This document shows, piece by piece, positions 1 to 13,543 of a stretch of 64,000 nt of DNA (positions are counted from its first letter, which is position 1; every line of letters begins with the position of its first letter). The stretch lies in the NCBI GenBank assembly GCA_964016885.1, contig OZ024744.1:118730001-118794000 (forward strand), in the 5' to 3' direction. A program made the position numbers and the translations under genes. The notes under the pieces were generated by a model. That model was not told the DNA's origin and ran no database searches. It saw only the letters and a program-made list of their open reading frames with translations. The stretch is from Eledone cirrhosa. Taxonomy: Eukaryota.

Positions 1-2965
1 ATTGTAAATCCTGGGGGTATATTCCATATACATATTGCCATGATGTCTTCGGGCTAGGTGTAGATAGTCGTCCGACATATTGTTTTTGTACTCCTGCCAG
101 AGTAGATGAGCTTCATCAATTCCACATGCTGTGAGCATAATAGCAAATAATTGTCTTATTTGACTGGCTACTTGAGTGATTCCTGCTTCTTCTAGACACT
201 TCTTCCAGTGTCCATTGTCATGCAGGAGTCCATGCTGTTTACATGCTTCTTGGTATGTTGCACACTCCCTTACTCTGAAGCACCTAAGATCCTCTAAAAT
301 GACGTTGGTCCTCGAACAGTATGCAGAAGTAACCGTAAATAAAAAGATTCTCTGTTGTTGGGATGGACATGGTAAACACACCCAATAGCATCACTTGACT
401 TGACTTCATGACCTTCCACTAAATGACCCTGCTTTCTTCGATTGCAGGTCTTGCAATTGTTCCAGGTGTAGTATATTGGGACTTCATCATATAGGAGGGA
501 TCGAGCAAATTCATCATTCTGTCAGAGTTTAAAGAAAGCAGTTAGTGTAGTGTCATGTGATGCTTGTGCCAACTGATGAGCAGTGATATCAGTGAAGTAC
601 ACTCTCTGTCCATTTTCCAGATGGCCTGCGAGGTTGACCACTGTTGGGTGGCGTTGGTGGATATCAAATCCAAAGATTCGCCAGATAGCTTCATTGCTAG
701 AGATGTATCGACCTGTTTGATACCGTTTGACCTCATCCAGCCCACCATTGAGTTCTTTGTCAGTAATAAAGGTAGCCATGTCACTGCCCTTGTTGATATA
801 TTTTGTGACATATAGGATTGCCTTGACGAAGCAGCAATACTCAACATTGATATGAGCTTTTAAAAGTTTACACAACAATTTGTTGTGTGGGACGACCCAC
901 TGATTGTTTAGGCTTGCAGTATTGCCTCCATGTTCTGGTCTACGCCTACGATAAAGGGGTATCCATTATTGTCAGTCCGAGTTTCCCGAATAAAAGCTCT
1001 AGGAAAATGTTTGCTGCATTTTTGATCTTTCATGTAGGGAGAGGCTGGATTGATGACTCCACATGGACCATGAATGAGTTTGGACTTGATGGTTTCAAAG
1101 AGCTCTGGTCCACCACCTTTATCAGGCAACTCTGCTGAAATGATCTTATCAATATCATCTGGTCTTATCTTCTCCTTGCCCCAGATTAGTGTGTGAGAGT
1201 GAGGAAGCCCTCTCTTCTGCCACTCAATAGTGGTCATCCAAGTACTAAGCTCACCAAAGATTCTTCCTCCTTTTAGGCGCCAGATGACTTTTTTTTGCTT
1301 TTCATGGAAAACCCGAGCAATGAGGTCATGTCGATCCTTTGGTTTTTGATTTTGAAATAATTCATTTGATATTTCTGACCAGTTTGAATTGCATGTAAAT
1401 GTAATGAAGAGATCTGGCCGACCAAATTTTCTGACATAGGCCATTGCATCTTGCGTACATTCATGCATGTAACGTGGTCCTCCCGTGAAGCTTGATGGTA
1501 GTATGACTGGCTGGCCAATATTTCTTGGGTCAACATCAGAATTGACGGCATCTCTAAGGTGGATGTAGTTATCTGCCCTCAACTTAGTTTGATTCCTTCG
1601 CAGAAAACCCAATCTTTCTGTTTCAATTTTGGCATACATGTGCACCATGAACTGGCTGGGTACTTCTTTGAATCACAGAATTTGGTTGAAGTGGTCACGT
1701 ACCATGAAATGATAAGAATAGAATTCTTTGCAGCTGATTGATCGGCCAGTTTCTTGTCCCGTTCTGGGCTGATCTGCCGTAGCTAACAATGATATCCATC
1801 TTGACCATTCCAAAAGATGAGCGGATATTGGAGTGAATCATAGGCTCTATGAGTTTCACAAATTCGCTACAAATGTCCACTTTGTTTTTGCAAAACGATG
1901 TCACGTCGTTAATGCTGTTCATCAACCATTATGATTGTAACTTCATCAGTGACAGGTGCATTGAATCCGCGTTCATGTTCTGAATCTGGGCGTTTGTCTG
2001 CCCTAATGATGATTTTACGATCTCTGGTGTTGTTCATATGCTCCAGTGCATATTTAAATACACATGTATGGCAGTGTATTTAAATATGCACTGGAGCATA
2101 TGAACAACACCAGAGATCGTAAAATCATCATTAGGGCAGACAAACGCCCAGATTCAGAACATGAACGCGGATTCAATGCACCTGTCACCGTTGGTGAAGC
2201 ATTTCTTGTAACTTTATGACTATGTAGAACTGCAATCCACCATGGACATTGGTACATCTTTGTTGTGCCTGTGTTTCATTTCCACCCATGAAGTAAACCT
2301 GCACAAATTTGTGAGGCTCTTGTGAAAGTGGCAGAAGGCCACCCATTAAGTGGTAAAACTGTCCCTGAATGTTATAAGTTGTACAGAATCTAAAGACAAT
2401 CACATTCCTGTCAGCCCCAAAAGATGTCATTTGAAAGGCAGAATTATATATTATGATGTATTTATTGAAGTGTCGTGCTTCTGGTGTATGCTGAAGGAGC
2501 AGATTCTTCAGAAATTCAGGAGGTTCTTGTATTGTTTTAAGGCTCACTTTGTCTTTTGAGCAGCAGAGACTTGGTGTTTCTGCTGCCCACTTCTTGGCAC
2601 CACAATACTGGCAGCATTTGTTCATTTTCCGAATGTTGACTTGTGGATTACTGCTGTAGTCCTTTTGGGGGTCATAAGAAAAAGCACCCATCAGCCAGTT
2701 CATTTTACTTATGGCTTGTTCTCCTGCTCGGGCAGTAGAAACGATGTGCTTGATTAGCATTTCGTCTGATTTGCTTCTGTTCCTTAATTTGTTGTTCTCA
2801 CCCTTTCATCCAAATGGTGTGCTCTTGCTAAAGTTGTTTGGGCTCTGTTAGCAGCTAGACGGACATTCCGAACTTCTTCACTTTCTTCAGATGGCTGTGT
2901 TTTCTTTCTCTTAGCCTCTGAAGATGACCTTCCATATAATGATCTGGAACCTTTTTCTAGGCATT
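1..2965 (-). mobile_element. Decayed Helitron Rep/helicase region running off the left window edge
   Basis: Frameshifted ORFs with Helitron motifs: CQYCGAKKWAAETPSLCC, YNSAFQMTSFGA, ILPSSFTGGPRYM, PDLFITFTCN, IEWQKRGLPHSH (HUH) and YVTKYINKGSD (Y2). Confidence 0.93.
1949..2188. repeat. Inverted repeat with 115-bp arms and a 10-nt loop inside the Helitron
   Basis: 1949-2063 is the reverse complement of 2074-2188; loop ATGTATGGCA. No mismatches seen by eye. Confidence 0.93.
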
Positions 2966-3149
2966 AGAAGTGATATTATTACACACCACACAATAAAATA
3001 AAGTACCAGTAATGCACTGGAATAATTGCTGGCCTTGTGCCAAAAGTAGAAACAATTATTACACACCACACTCTTTCCGAAATAGAAACAACTATATAAT
3101 GTATTGTTAACTCAGTAAAGTTGTTTTAAATGATCTCTTTATATGAATG

Positions 3150-5916
3150 TATCATCATCATCATCATCATCACCGTTTTACGTCCGTTCTTCCACGCTAG
3201 CATGGGTTAGACGGGTTGTCCTGTTGTGGGCAGTGTCTGGTCGGCTGACCATGCCTTGCTCATACAGGAACTGATCTGGCTTGATTTCTACAGCTGGATG
3301 CCCTTCCTAACACCAACCTCATTTACAGTGAGTGCTGGGTGCTTTTTCGTGGCGCCTACACGTCCACTTTACAGTGTGGGCTGGGTGCTTTTTTGCCGTG
3401 GCACCTCCACGACCACCTTGCGGTGGGGGGGGGGGGGGCATATTGTTTATATGCTTCAGCATGTACCCATGGGAGGTCGGGTACCCTGTATTACTGCGTG
3501 ACGCCAGAAGTCACGGTCGTGTGTCATTGACTTTGAGAGGTGTAGTTGGGTAAGGTCGGCTTTTATCACCTCATCCCAAGTCATCTTGGGTCTCCCCACT
3601 CCGCGGTTTCCATCAACTTCTAGTGCTCTGCACCTTTTTATGCAGCTGTCATCCTTCATACGCATCACATGTCCATACCAGCGTAACCGCCTCTCCTGCA
3701 CGCAGCATTTGATTCCTCTTATGCTCAGTCTCTCTCTCAATTCATTTATGCTTTGTCGTTCACGTATATTACTGTTACACATCCATCGGAGCATGCAGGC
3801 TTCGTTTCTCTCTAATCTACGTAAGTCTTCCACCTTCAGCGCCCAGGTCTCACTACCATGCAACATCGCTGTTCGGATACACGCATCATACAGTCTGCCT
3901 TTCATTCTGAGGGAGAAGCCTTTTGCAGCTAGCAGTGGTAGTAGTTCCCTAAACTTCTTCCATCCCGTTCTTACCCTAGTTATTGTACTTTCTGAGCACC
4001 CACCTCCGTTGCTAATTCGGTCACCTAGGTAGCAGAAGCTGTCTACTGTTTCTACAGGGCCCTCCCAGAGATTGGTGGTACTTGTTTCCTGTGGCTGTTT
4101 GCTTGCTGTTTCAGCACAGCTGCTGCATGTGAATCCTACATTCTTAATTAAGCTTCCTGAGATCCCGCTACATCTCTTGTGTACCCATTGTTTGCATTTG
4201 GGGCAAAGAATGGAGTTCCTACCTACACCTTTCCTACATACTGAGCAAGGCCATTTCCCTGAGGGGATCTGGGTTCTGTTTTCTCGTCTACTTATAAGGA
4301 CCTTAGTCTTTGTCATGTTGACTTTGAGGCCCTTTCTCTCTAGTCCCTGCTTCCAGGTTTGGAATTTATTCTCTAGTTCTACCATAGATTCAGCTATGAG
4401 TGCGAGGTCATCAGCATACAGGAGTTCCCATGGGCATCCGGTCTTAAACTCCTCCGTTATTGCCTGCAGGACTATGATGAACAGGAGAGGGCTAAGAACA
4501 GAGCCCTGGTGGACCCCAACCTGTACGCTAAATTCCTCGCTATACTCATTGCCAATCCTAACTTTGCTGACTGCTCCCCTATACATGGCTTGTACCGCTT
4601 TCACAAGCCATTCATCTACTCCTAGTTTTCTAAGAGCCCACCAGATTACTGCACGTGGAACTCTGTCAAAGGCTTTCTCAAGGTCGACAAATGCCAAGTA
4701 GAGTGGCTTACTTTTAGCTAGGTACTTTTCCTGTAATTGCCTCACAAGGAAGAGCGCATCAGTGGTGCCTTTCCCTGGAACAAACCCAAATTGCATCTCG
4801 TCTATATTCACCCGGTCCCTAATCAGCTGTGCTATAACTCTTTCTGTTACTTTCATGACCTGGTCCATCAACTTTATACCTCTATAGTTTCCTCTATCTA
4901 GTGCATCGCCTTTACCTTTGTAGCAGTTGACAATGATGCTACTGCACCAATCTTTTGGTATGGCCCCCTCTAGTATTACCTGGTTAACGATACGTGTGGT
5001 TATAGTGTGACCTACAGACCCAGATGCCTTCAGCATCTCGGCAGCTATACCCGATGGACCGGTTGCCTTCCCTATCTTCATATCTCTGATTGCCTTACTT
5101 ACTACGCTGCCGCTGACTTGTACTGCTGGTCCCTCTATAGGGTCTACGTGGGGTAGGGTCTCTTCTTCCCATGCATTCTCCTCATTTAGTAATCTATCAT
5201 AATGACTCTTCCATGCATCTTTCTTCTCAGCACTTGTGAGGGCAAGCTCACCTTTATCATTCCGGATACACTTCTCTCCAATGACATCACAACTATCTCT
5301 GACACACTGCCTCGCAATCTTGAATACCTCCTGTTTCTGGTCCTCACGTTGTAAAACATGCTTGAATTTTCTATCCTCTGCTTCCCTCCTAGCTAAGTAT
5401 ACTTGTCGCCTAGCTTCCCTCTTGGTCTCTATGTAATGTACCCTGCTCCCCCCGTTCTTCCATTCTTTCCATGCCTGTCTCTTGGCCTTGACTGCTTCAT
5501 CTACCTTATTGTTCCACCACCAAGTCACTCTCCTCCTGCTTGAGGTCTTACTCCAGCCACAAACCTCATCCGTCGCCTCTAGTAAGTTATTTTTTAGGAA
5601 CTCCCAGTTCTCTTCTACGTTAAATGTCTCTATCTGTTCTTCTTTACTGTCGTAGGCGTTGAGTAAAATATCTTTAAATCTGTTACTGGTTGAGGGGACT
5701 TTCAGCTTCCAGATCTTTCTTCTCCAGGTTGGCCTCTGTTTCAGGGCTCGTCTAGTTCTGACCGTGAGGTCGCTGACAACTAAGCTATGTTGGGATGTAC
5801 ATTCCTCACTAGGGAAGGCTTTTGTGTTTACGACCGTCCATCTGTCACGTCCTCTGATGAGGATAAAATCTAACTGACTAGAGTGCTCCCCTGATCTATA
5901 GGTGATCAGGTGGTTG
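3150..5916 (-). mobile_element. 5'-truncated RTE-clade LINE (subfamily B) with open RT region 3456-5528
   Basis: RT motifs AFVDLEKAFDRV, GVHQGSVLSP and YADD; PHD-like insert; 3'UTR and (ATG)n tail at about 3152-3172. Truncated inside the endonuclease at HLITYRSGEH. Confidence 0.95.
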
Positions 5917-5918
5917 TA

Positions 5919-6866
5919 TATTAGGTGTAATTAATTTTAGACATATGTAGAAAATATTGGGATTTCAGATTGTATAAAAAAAAAAGACAAACACTACATA
6001 TGTAGACATATGTAGAAAATAAGCTTTGATTGTAACATATATGTCTGCTAAAGAACCCCTCCCCCCATAACACACGTGTGTAAATATATATATAAACGTG
6101 GACACACGTTAGATAAAGAATCCCTCCAATCACCCTCCCTCTCTTCTGCCTCTTTACTTTTTTTCTCTCCCATCTTTTCTCTTTTCTTATTGTCTTTCTC
6201 TCCCCATCCGCCTCACACCCTTTCTCTTTCTCATCTCCTCTCATCCTCTGCACAATACCAAACAATAAATAAAAGATAAATAACATTGGGAGAGTTAAGA
6301 AGTGTGTAAAAATAATAAATAAATAAAGTTAATGAACGCTAGCCACTTTCCCTCTCTCTCTCTCCCATCCCTCCCCCCCTCTCTCTACGGAATAGAGAAC
6401 AAAAAATAAAGAAGATAAATAACGTTAAGGAAGCGAGAGAGTTAAAGTGTGTAAAAGTAATAAATAAATAAAAGTTAAGAACGCTGGTTACTTTCCCTCT
6501 CTTTCATCATCTTTCTCTCTCTCGCCCATCTCCCACTCTCTCATCCTTACTCTCTTTCTTTCTCTCTCATCCACTTACTCTCTCTCTCCCATCCATCTCT
6601 CTCTTTCTCTCTCCCATCCCTCACTCTCTTATCTACAGACTGGAGAACATAAAAAAACAAAATGGATGATCTCTTTTGATATTCATTAGAAAATAAGATA
6701 AATTGAATTAAAATGAATTCCTTGCTTTGCAAAGTAAAACTTTTTTGACCGTTACCTGTCTGAGTGTATAGTGAATATGTACATGTAATTTTGAGGAGTT
6801 TGGTCCGGTAGTTTCGAGTTTTAGGCGGACACAGAATCATAAACTTGCATTTATATATATAGAGAT
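5919..6866 (+). mobile_element. Non-coding interspersed element, probably a non-autonomous Helitron/Helentron (HINE-like)
   Basis: Internal direct repeats (about 6260-6360 and 6390-6500), CT-rich tracts, and an end ...AGTTTCGAGTTTTAGGCGGACACAGA...TTTATATATATAGAG resembling the end of the 61715-63006 element. Confidence 0.45.
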
Positions 6867-6897
6867 TAAAGATAAATAATTGATAAATGAATTTTAC

Positions 6898-7036
6898 CCT
6901 GTGATTAGATGTATTGTCATGTTTTATCCCATTACTGTTGTCCATGAATATTTTAACATCTTTGTCAGCAGCAACATAAGTTACTCTTGACGATTCAAAC
7001 TGGACTGTTTTGGTTCTTGGTTTGTATGAAACAAGC
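6898..7036 (-). CDS. ZDHHC8: ZDHHC5/8-like exon (about 139 nt), start of the cytoplasmic tail
   Basis: TTTCAG acceptor in the correct phase. Translates LVSYKPRTKTVQFESSRVTYVAADKDVKIFMDNSNGIKHDNTSNHR; V(K)IxMDN resembles ZDHHC5/8. The donor (AGG|GTAAAA) is less certain. Confidence 0.75.
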
Positions 7037-7276
7037 CTGAAGTATAAATATATATACAATAAAGAATTTTAAATCATTAAATGGTGATGGTGGTGGTGGT
7101 GAAAAAGAAGACTATATTAACCTTTGGAATTGGGTACTGACTTCTTTAATAGCCACACAGAAAACATTAAAGAGAACATGGAATAATACAATGTGGGTTT
7201 TTATATAAAAAAATAAAAACAAATTGTTTTCTGCTTTCAAGGAAGCCAACAAATTCAAAACAAGCTGAACTGATGA

Positions 7277-7580
7277 CACCCAGTCCACTCTGTAAAGTGG
7301 TTATGTAGGTGCCACAACAAAAAGTATCCAGTACACACTGTAAAGTGGTCATGTAGGTGTCACAACAAAAAGTACCCAGTACACACTGTAAAGTGGTCAT
7401 GTAGGTGTCAGCAAAAAGTACCCAGTCCACACTGTAAAGTGGTCATGTAGGTGTCATGACAAATGGTACCCAGTACACACTGTAAAGTGGTCATGTAGGT
7501 GTCAACAAAAAGTACCCAGTACACACTGTAAAGTGGTCATGTATGTGTCACAACAAAAAGTACCCAGTACACACTGTAAA
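7277..7580 (+). repeat. 48-bp minisatellite (about 6 units) inside an RTE-3'UTR-derived element ending near 7750
   Basis: Unit AAAAAGTACCCAGTACACACTGTAAAGTGGTCATGTAGGTGTCACAAC, followed by GGTTGGTGTGAGAAAGGGCATGCAGC and an (ATG)-like tail. Confidence 0.92.
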
Positions 7581-8755
7581 TGTGGTTGGTGTGAGAAAGG
7601 GCATGCAGCTATAGAAACCAAGCCAAAATACAGATCTGTATGAGTAAGACATGGTCAACTGATCTGTGTTGTCTGTCTCACAAAGGGATAACTCGTCTAA
7701 GCCATGCTATTGTGGAAGAATGGATGTTAAACAGTGATGATGATTATGATGAAAATGTGGTTATTGTCAATGTAAAGTTGATTTCTTACCATAGGAGACA
7801 ATACAATTTAGAAATTGTCCACAAAGAAAAGTAATAAAGATTTAGTACTCGCTTCAATATTATTGTGAGTTTGTAGAAAGAATGAAATATTAAAGAATCT
7901 CATAAGAATGTGTTGTTTTGAGAAAGTTCAATTATTAAACAACAATTTTCAACAATGGATACTTTTCTGAAAGTCATTTGTTCCTATATATGAAATAATT
8001 ATTATTAATATTATTTGCTTTGAAGTTTCACCTGTTTGAGACGCCACAATCAGGGAAACTTGGAAGTAAACCACCGTTATGAATATTATTTGGACTCTAT
8101 AATCAATATTGAAGCCTTTATTTAGTATATACACATCTATAAAACAACATATATATATATATACTAGTAGATACATCTAAAGAGGCTATGAAAAGCTACA
8201 TGTATCTTATCTACACATGCATGGTCCCGTAAACTCCTGGGGAATTCATAAGGGTGTCATATTGATATACAGTGTTTCTAGGACATTTTAAAACCTGGCG
8301 GTGTGTATCTCCTCTCCAGGTCTGAATACGGCAGATTTCTTCCAGAGAAGAGAGAGTGAGAGAAAGGAAGTGAGAAAGACATATAGAGGAAAAATCGACA
8401 CTAGTATTAGACTGGTACTTTTTTTTAAATCAACCTCAAATGAATGAAAAGCAAAGTTGATCTTGTGGGATTTGAACTGAGAGAGCAGACAGTCATAATA
8501 AATACCACTAAGCATTCTATCTGATGTCTTAACAACTAGGCAAATCCACTGCCTTCATTATCTACATCTATATAGTAGAAAAAACAGACATATGATGATG
8601 AGGATGATGAGTGTACTGGGCTTGAAAATAACAAATAATGGAAGCCAAATTATAACACAAAAGGGGTGATGAGAGGAGACTTATCTACAATATCCCTTAT
8701 ACTATGAGCATATATGATGTGTGTACTGTATATTTTGAGAGAAATATTTTATTAC

Positions 8756-8847
8756 CTTGGCCACTGTGGACCACAAAGCGCATACTTGCAATTTTTACAG
8801 CAACCACGTGTAAATGGATTTTGGCTACCCCTAAATTTTCCAGTAAC
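8756..8847 (-). CDS. ZDHHC8: ZDHHC5/8-like exon (92 nt), PaCCT-region motif
   Basis: Not in the ORF track. AACAG acceptor and GTAATA donor. Translates [30 protein letters not shown](R), matching the VTGKFRGxxNPFTxGCCxN pattern of ZDHHC5/8. Confidence 0.95.
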
Positions 8848-9157
8848 CTGTTCAAAATAGAAATACATTACAATAGTTTCTTTTTGAAGAATTTTGTCAT
8901 CAATATTTTATATATCCCTTTTTTACATTTCCAAATATCCCTGCAGAACAGAACACATTAAATTTATTAAATACCAGTAACCAAGAAGTAAAAAAAATAT
9001 TGAAATAATAAAGATATTATAAATATAAATACTTTTCTACACTATTTGAAAAAAAACAAACAAAAAAAAACATTTTAAATGGGAAAATGATACAAATTTC
9101 AAAAATGTTTTTTACAGAATAACAAATTATAGGAATTAAACCATTGACAACAACAAC

Positions 9158-9203
<46 letters not shown>
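9158..9203. repeat. (GAT)n microsatellite
   Basis: About 15 uninterrupted GAT units. Confidence 0.95.
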
Positions 9204-9205
<2 letters not shown>

Positions 9206-9298
9206 ATATTTTGTAAATTCTCCTTTTATAAAATATTCTTAGGAACCATTTCCACATTTCCAGTGATATGTGATGTAACATCCTTTGGCAGCATTTAA

Positions 9299-9752
9299 CC
9301 CTTTAGTTACCAACCCAACCCAAACCAACTCTGGTTCTATCGAATAAAACTACCCACTTTAAAAGCTTCCAATTTATACTAAAATCTTCCAACATAATTT
9401 TATATAAGAACCTTACATTTAGTTACCATCTTAGTAATGAAATAATTTTAGTACATCCCTAAAAATACTTCATTCATAAATTAAAATAGAGTGTATTTCA
9501 GTAGAAATGTGGTCATGAAAGGGTTGAGATACTATCTTAGTAATGAAATAATAATTGTTTCTACAATAGGCACAAGGCCAGCAATTATTCCAGTGTATTA
9601 CTGGTACTTTATTTTATCGAGCCCCGTTAGGATGAAAGGCAAAGTTAACCTCGACTGGATTTGAACTCAGAATGGCAAGGGCCGTATCCCTCAAAATTCT
9701 TCATTCATTAATTAAAATAGTGTATTTCATTAGAAATGTGGTCCTGAAAGGG
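9299..9752. mobile_element. piggyBac-type MITE with a duplicated end and a SINE fragment
   Basis: TTAA-CCCTTT start and AAAGGG-TTAA end; a second end at about 9523; homologous to 39517-39713 and 50213-50428; SINE tail at about 9553-9685. Confidence 0.75.
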
Positions 9753-10199
9753 TTAAGAATGGTTTTACTCCTGCTGTTAGTAGTTGAGATAGTTCTAGTG
9801 TAACTGCGGAAGGACACACTGGAAAATAAACATTGGTCCATTAGAACCATGTTTGTGTGTGCCTGTATGTTTCTATGGCCATGCTGAGTATGAAAACTTT
9901 CTCAGTTAATGGTAGGAGATAGAATGAAGGAGGTTTTGAGAAGGTTTTGCTAGTTCTATTACTGGGCTTTAGACATTAGACTGCAGCTATGCTGGCATTT
10001 AAAAGGATTTACTCAGATTACACTGACCCCAGTACTAATTTTTTAAAAGTCTGGTACTTCTTTATAATTTATGGGATATAAGTAATCAGTAAACATAAAC
10101 ACACAACCATTTCGATTAAGAGAGATATAGTACCTATTCATTAAATTAGTCAATTATTTCTATGATACAAACATCTCTCACCAACATAGTCAATCAAAT

Positions 10200-11545
10200 A
10201 ATACCTAATGACTGGTGCAGCAGTACAATCATAAATTGCTACAAGGCCAAAGGTGATACTCTAGAGAGGAGCAACTATAGAGGAATATAATTAATGGACC
10301 AAGTTATGAAAGTGACAGAAAGAGTTATGAAGTTTGGTCTTATGCCTGGTAAAAGTACTACAGATGCCCACTTTTTAGCGACAACTATAAAAGAAGTTCC
10401 TAGCCAAAAATAAGTCACTGTATTTTGTTGATCTAGAGAAGGCTTTTGGCAGAGTACCCCAATCTGTCATCAGATGGTACTTAAGGAAACTAGGTGTAGA
10501 CGAATGGCTTGCAAGAGCAGTGCAGGCCATGTAGAGAGGAACTGCCAGTAAAGTGAGAGTAGAAAATGAGTTTAGTGAGGAATTCAAGGTACAGGTAGGA
10601 GTTCATCAAGGTTCAGTTCTTAGCCCACTGTTGTTTATCATAGTTCTTCAGGCTATAAAATAAGAGTTTGTGATTGGCTGTCCATGGGAACTTCTGTAAG
10701 CTGATGATCTGGTCCTTGTAGCTGAATCTGTGGAAGAACTAGGAAATAAGTTCTGGCTTTGGAAACAGAACTTAGAATCACAAGGTCTGAGAGTAACTTA
10801 GTTAAAACTAAAGTGCTAGTGAGTAAGTAGGAAAGAAAACAGGACCCTGATCCCATCAGGGAAATGGCCATGTTTGATATGTAGAAAAGGAATAGGCATA
10901 AACCCTGTATGATGTACACAATGGAAATCTTGGGTACACAAGATATGTAGTGAGGTAACAAGTAGACTAACAGGAAGGGAAAACTTTGTATGTAGAAGAT
11001 AGATGTATGGGGGTAGTTATTAGGAATATCACTGAAATAAATGTTTTCCAATTTCAGTTAACAGTGTGTAACCAAAGTGACCTAATTAGCAGTGGAGGAG
11101 GTTGTAGTGAGAACACAGTAACTAGAATAAGGACAGGATGGAAGAAGTTTAGGGAGCTACTACCTCTGTTGGTAATAAATTTACCATAGAAGTAGTTAAT
11201 AGCTTTTGTTACCTAGGTGATCTAATTAGTGGTGAAGGAGGTTGTTCTGAGAACATAGCTAGAAGAAGGACAGGATGGGAAAAAGTTCAAGGAGCTACTA
11301 TCTCTGTTGACAACAAAAAAAATGTCTCCTTATGAATGAAAGGGCAGCTGTATGATGTCTGTGTGCAATGTAATGTTGCATGGTGATGAGACATGGGCAG
11401 TGATTGGATGAAGTTAGAGCAGAAGGAGACCAAGGCAAACCTGGGTGGAGGTGGGTAATGAGAATTGATTGCAAATCACTGAATCTCACAGAGGAGATGA
11501 CAAAAGAAATGTGTGAGTAGAGGTAAGCTGTGCTGGAAGACACAA
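10200..11545 (+). mobile_element. Old, degenerate RTE LINE fragments
   Basis: Decayed RT motifs (DLEKAF, GVHQGSVLSP, SSGGGCSE..RIRTGWKKFRELLPLL, the last present twice) with many stops. Confidence 0.85.
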
Positions 11546-11600
11546 CTAATCCATAAGGTAATGTAAAAAGAAGGAAAGTATACAAAATAAAAGTACTTAC

Positions 11601-11703
11601 TTGCTCATTAGTTGTTCTTCCCCTCGCTACCAGAACTGTATGGAAACCAGTAAGACCAGCAACCGGAATAATTAATATACCAATAATCACCATTACAATA
11701 AAA
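11601..11703 (-). CDS. ZDHHC8: ZDHHC5/8-like exon (103 nt), TM4 and TTxE motif
   Basis: Translates [40 protein letters not shown] donor; in frame with both neighbours. Confidence 0.96.
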
Positions 11704-11789
11704 CTGAATGTGGTTAAGGAAAAATCAATTCCATAAACAATAAACACACATATAAGGTGACTTTAAATAAAAGCTGTTTAAAAGATAAT

Positions 11790-12365
11790 AATTAGCAATA
11801 GGTCTACTGAGAGTATAATAGCTACAATAAGGATAGGATGGAAAAAGTTCAGAGATCTACTCGCACTGTTGACTACAAAAGGTTTCTCCCTATATACAAA
11901 AGGACGACTGTATGATGCAGGCTGTGACTGTGGAGGACGTGCATAGACTGTAGTGAAACATGGACTGTGACTACGGAGGACGTGTGTGTAGACTGGAGAG
12001 AAATGAAGCAACCATGCTCCATTGGGTATACAATGTAAATGTGAGAGAAAAGCAGAAGTTGGACAAGTTGAAGGAAAAGCTGGGTTTAAGAGAGATTTCA
12101 GGTGGTGTGTAGAAAAGGAGACTACGTTGGTTTGGACAGGTGGTGCACAAGCAGTTGGGTGAAGAAATGCCATGGAATCCCAGTGGAAGAAAACCACAGT
12201 AGAAGTAGACCAAGAAAGATCTGGGCAGAGGTGGTGAGAGCTGACTTCAAATCACTGAGACTCACAGAAGAGATGACAAACGATTGTGAGGTGTGGAAAG
12301 ATGCTGTGCTGAGAAGGACCCGGCAACCCATGTAAGTGTAAAAAAGTGGACGTAAAAACGACAAT
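11790..12365 (+). mobile_element. Degenerate RTE LINE 3' fragment
   Basis: RIGWKKFRDLL and SRPRKIWAEVVRAD, followed by the GGACGTAAAAACGAC terminus. Confidence 0.8.
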
Positions 12366-13543
12366 AAATTATAAAACCTTGACCTATGATAAAAAAAACA
12401 ATATGTTAACCATAATTGTATAATATGTAATGTTAGTGTGTATGAACAACATAGTAAATATAAGCTGGGAATCAAATGTAGTGTACAAGAGAGAAGGCCA
12501 TGTCAGTGGTATGGACATGTGATGATGTTTATAAAGGATGTCAACTGTACAGAGCCTTTGAAATTGATGGAGGAAGGCATGGGATGAAGTGATGAGGACC
12601 GACATACATTACTTGAGTAGACACAGCCACAAGTATAAACAAGACTCCCATTAGGCTTCTATTAAACCCACTAGGGACAAGGTGTACTCCTTAAGCTGGG
12701 TCCTACTGTAAAAGGCACCCAATACACTCTGTAAAGCAAGGTAAACTACACTGGGTAGTAAGGATTCTTCAGTCACATTGGGGACAGGACAATCTCTTCA
12801 ATGTAGGGACCCACAATAAAATGCACCCAATACACACTTCAGTCATTAGCATTACAAAAGGTATCTGCCAAAAGAGTGGAGGGCTGTTCAGTCACATGAA
12901 GGATATGCTAACGTCTGGTACCACAATAAAATGTTCCCAGTGCACCCTGTAAAGTTATATATGAACTCCTTCATATGCTCACAAAGTTCACTAGAACAAG
13001 TAGATAGTTCTTGCTACCTAGGTGATCACATTAACAGTGGAGAAGGTTGTATTGAAATTGTAGCCAGAGTGAGAATGGGGTAGAAGTTCAAGATTATATG
13101 ATGTTTGGCAGAGACATGGGCTCTGAGTATAGATATGCAGTGACTAAAAAGAAATGAAACAGGCATGCTTCAGTAGTTGTATAATGTTAGTGTATGTGAA
13201 CAACAGAGCATATGGTGTTGTAACTGAGAATTGTCAGCCATGTTATGGGATGGATGGCTTGGGTATATTGATGCCTTGGTTACTAACTTGTGTGTGATGC
13301 TCTATATGAATGGGTACAGAAGCACATGTAGATACTCAATTGGTGTTAGGATGGAGACATCCAGTAATGAGCTTTAAGATGTTGTTCAAGGATATATCTA
13401 GCTTCTTAGTATGGAAGCTATAAAATGGGACAAGTACAATACAGCCTTCAAGTTAAACTTGTCAGAGAAAACATATAACCATGTTTACCATTTTTGAAAA
13501 AATATGAATGGTTTGATAGAATAGTTTTAAGACAATGCATAGT

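Noticed and set aside
3586-4701. Antisense ORFs opposite the RTE RT, recurring in every copy
   Set aside because: These are shadow frames of the LINE ORF; recurrence reflects copy homology and there are no recognisable domains.
6547-7059. 170-aa ORF as a complete gene or long exon
   Set aside because: Only about 6898-7036 looks exonic; the rest runs through intron and repeat sequence. An alternative donor near 6755 lies within a repeat.
9099-9281. Poly-histidine protein
   Set aside because: Translation of a (CAT)n microsatellite in an intron.
11298-11747. 149-aa ORF as a standalone membrane protein
   Set aside because: It is the 103-nt ZDHHC exon read through into intron and antisense LINE sequence.
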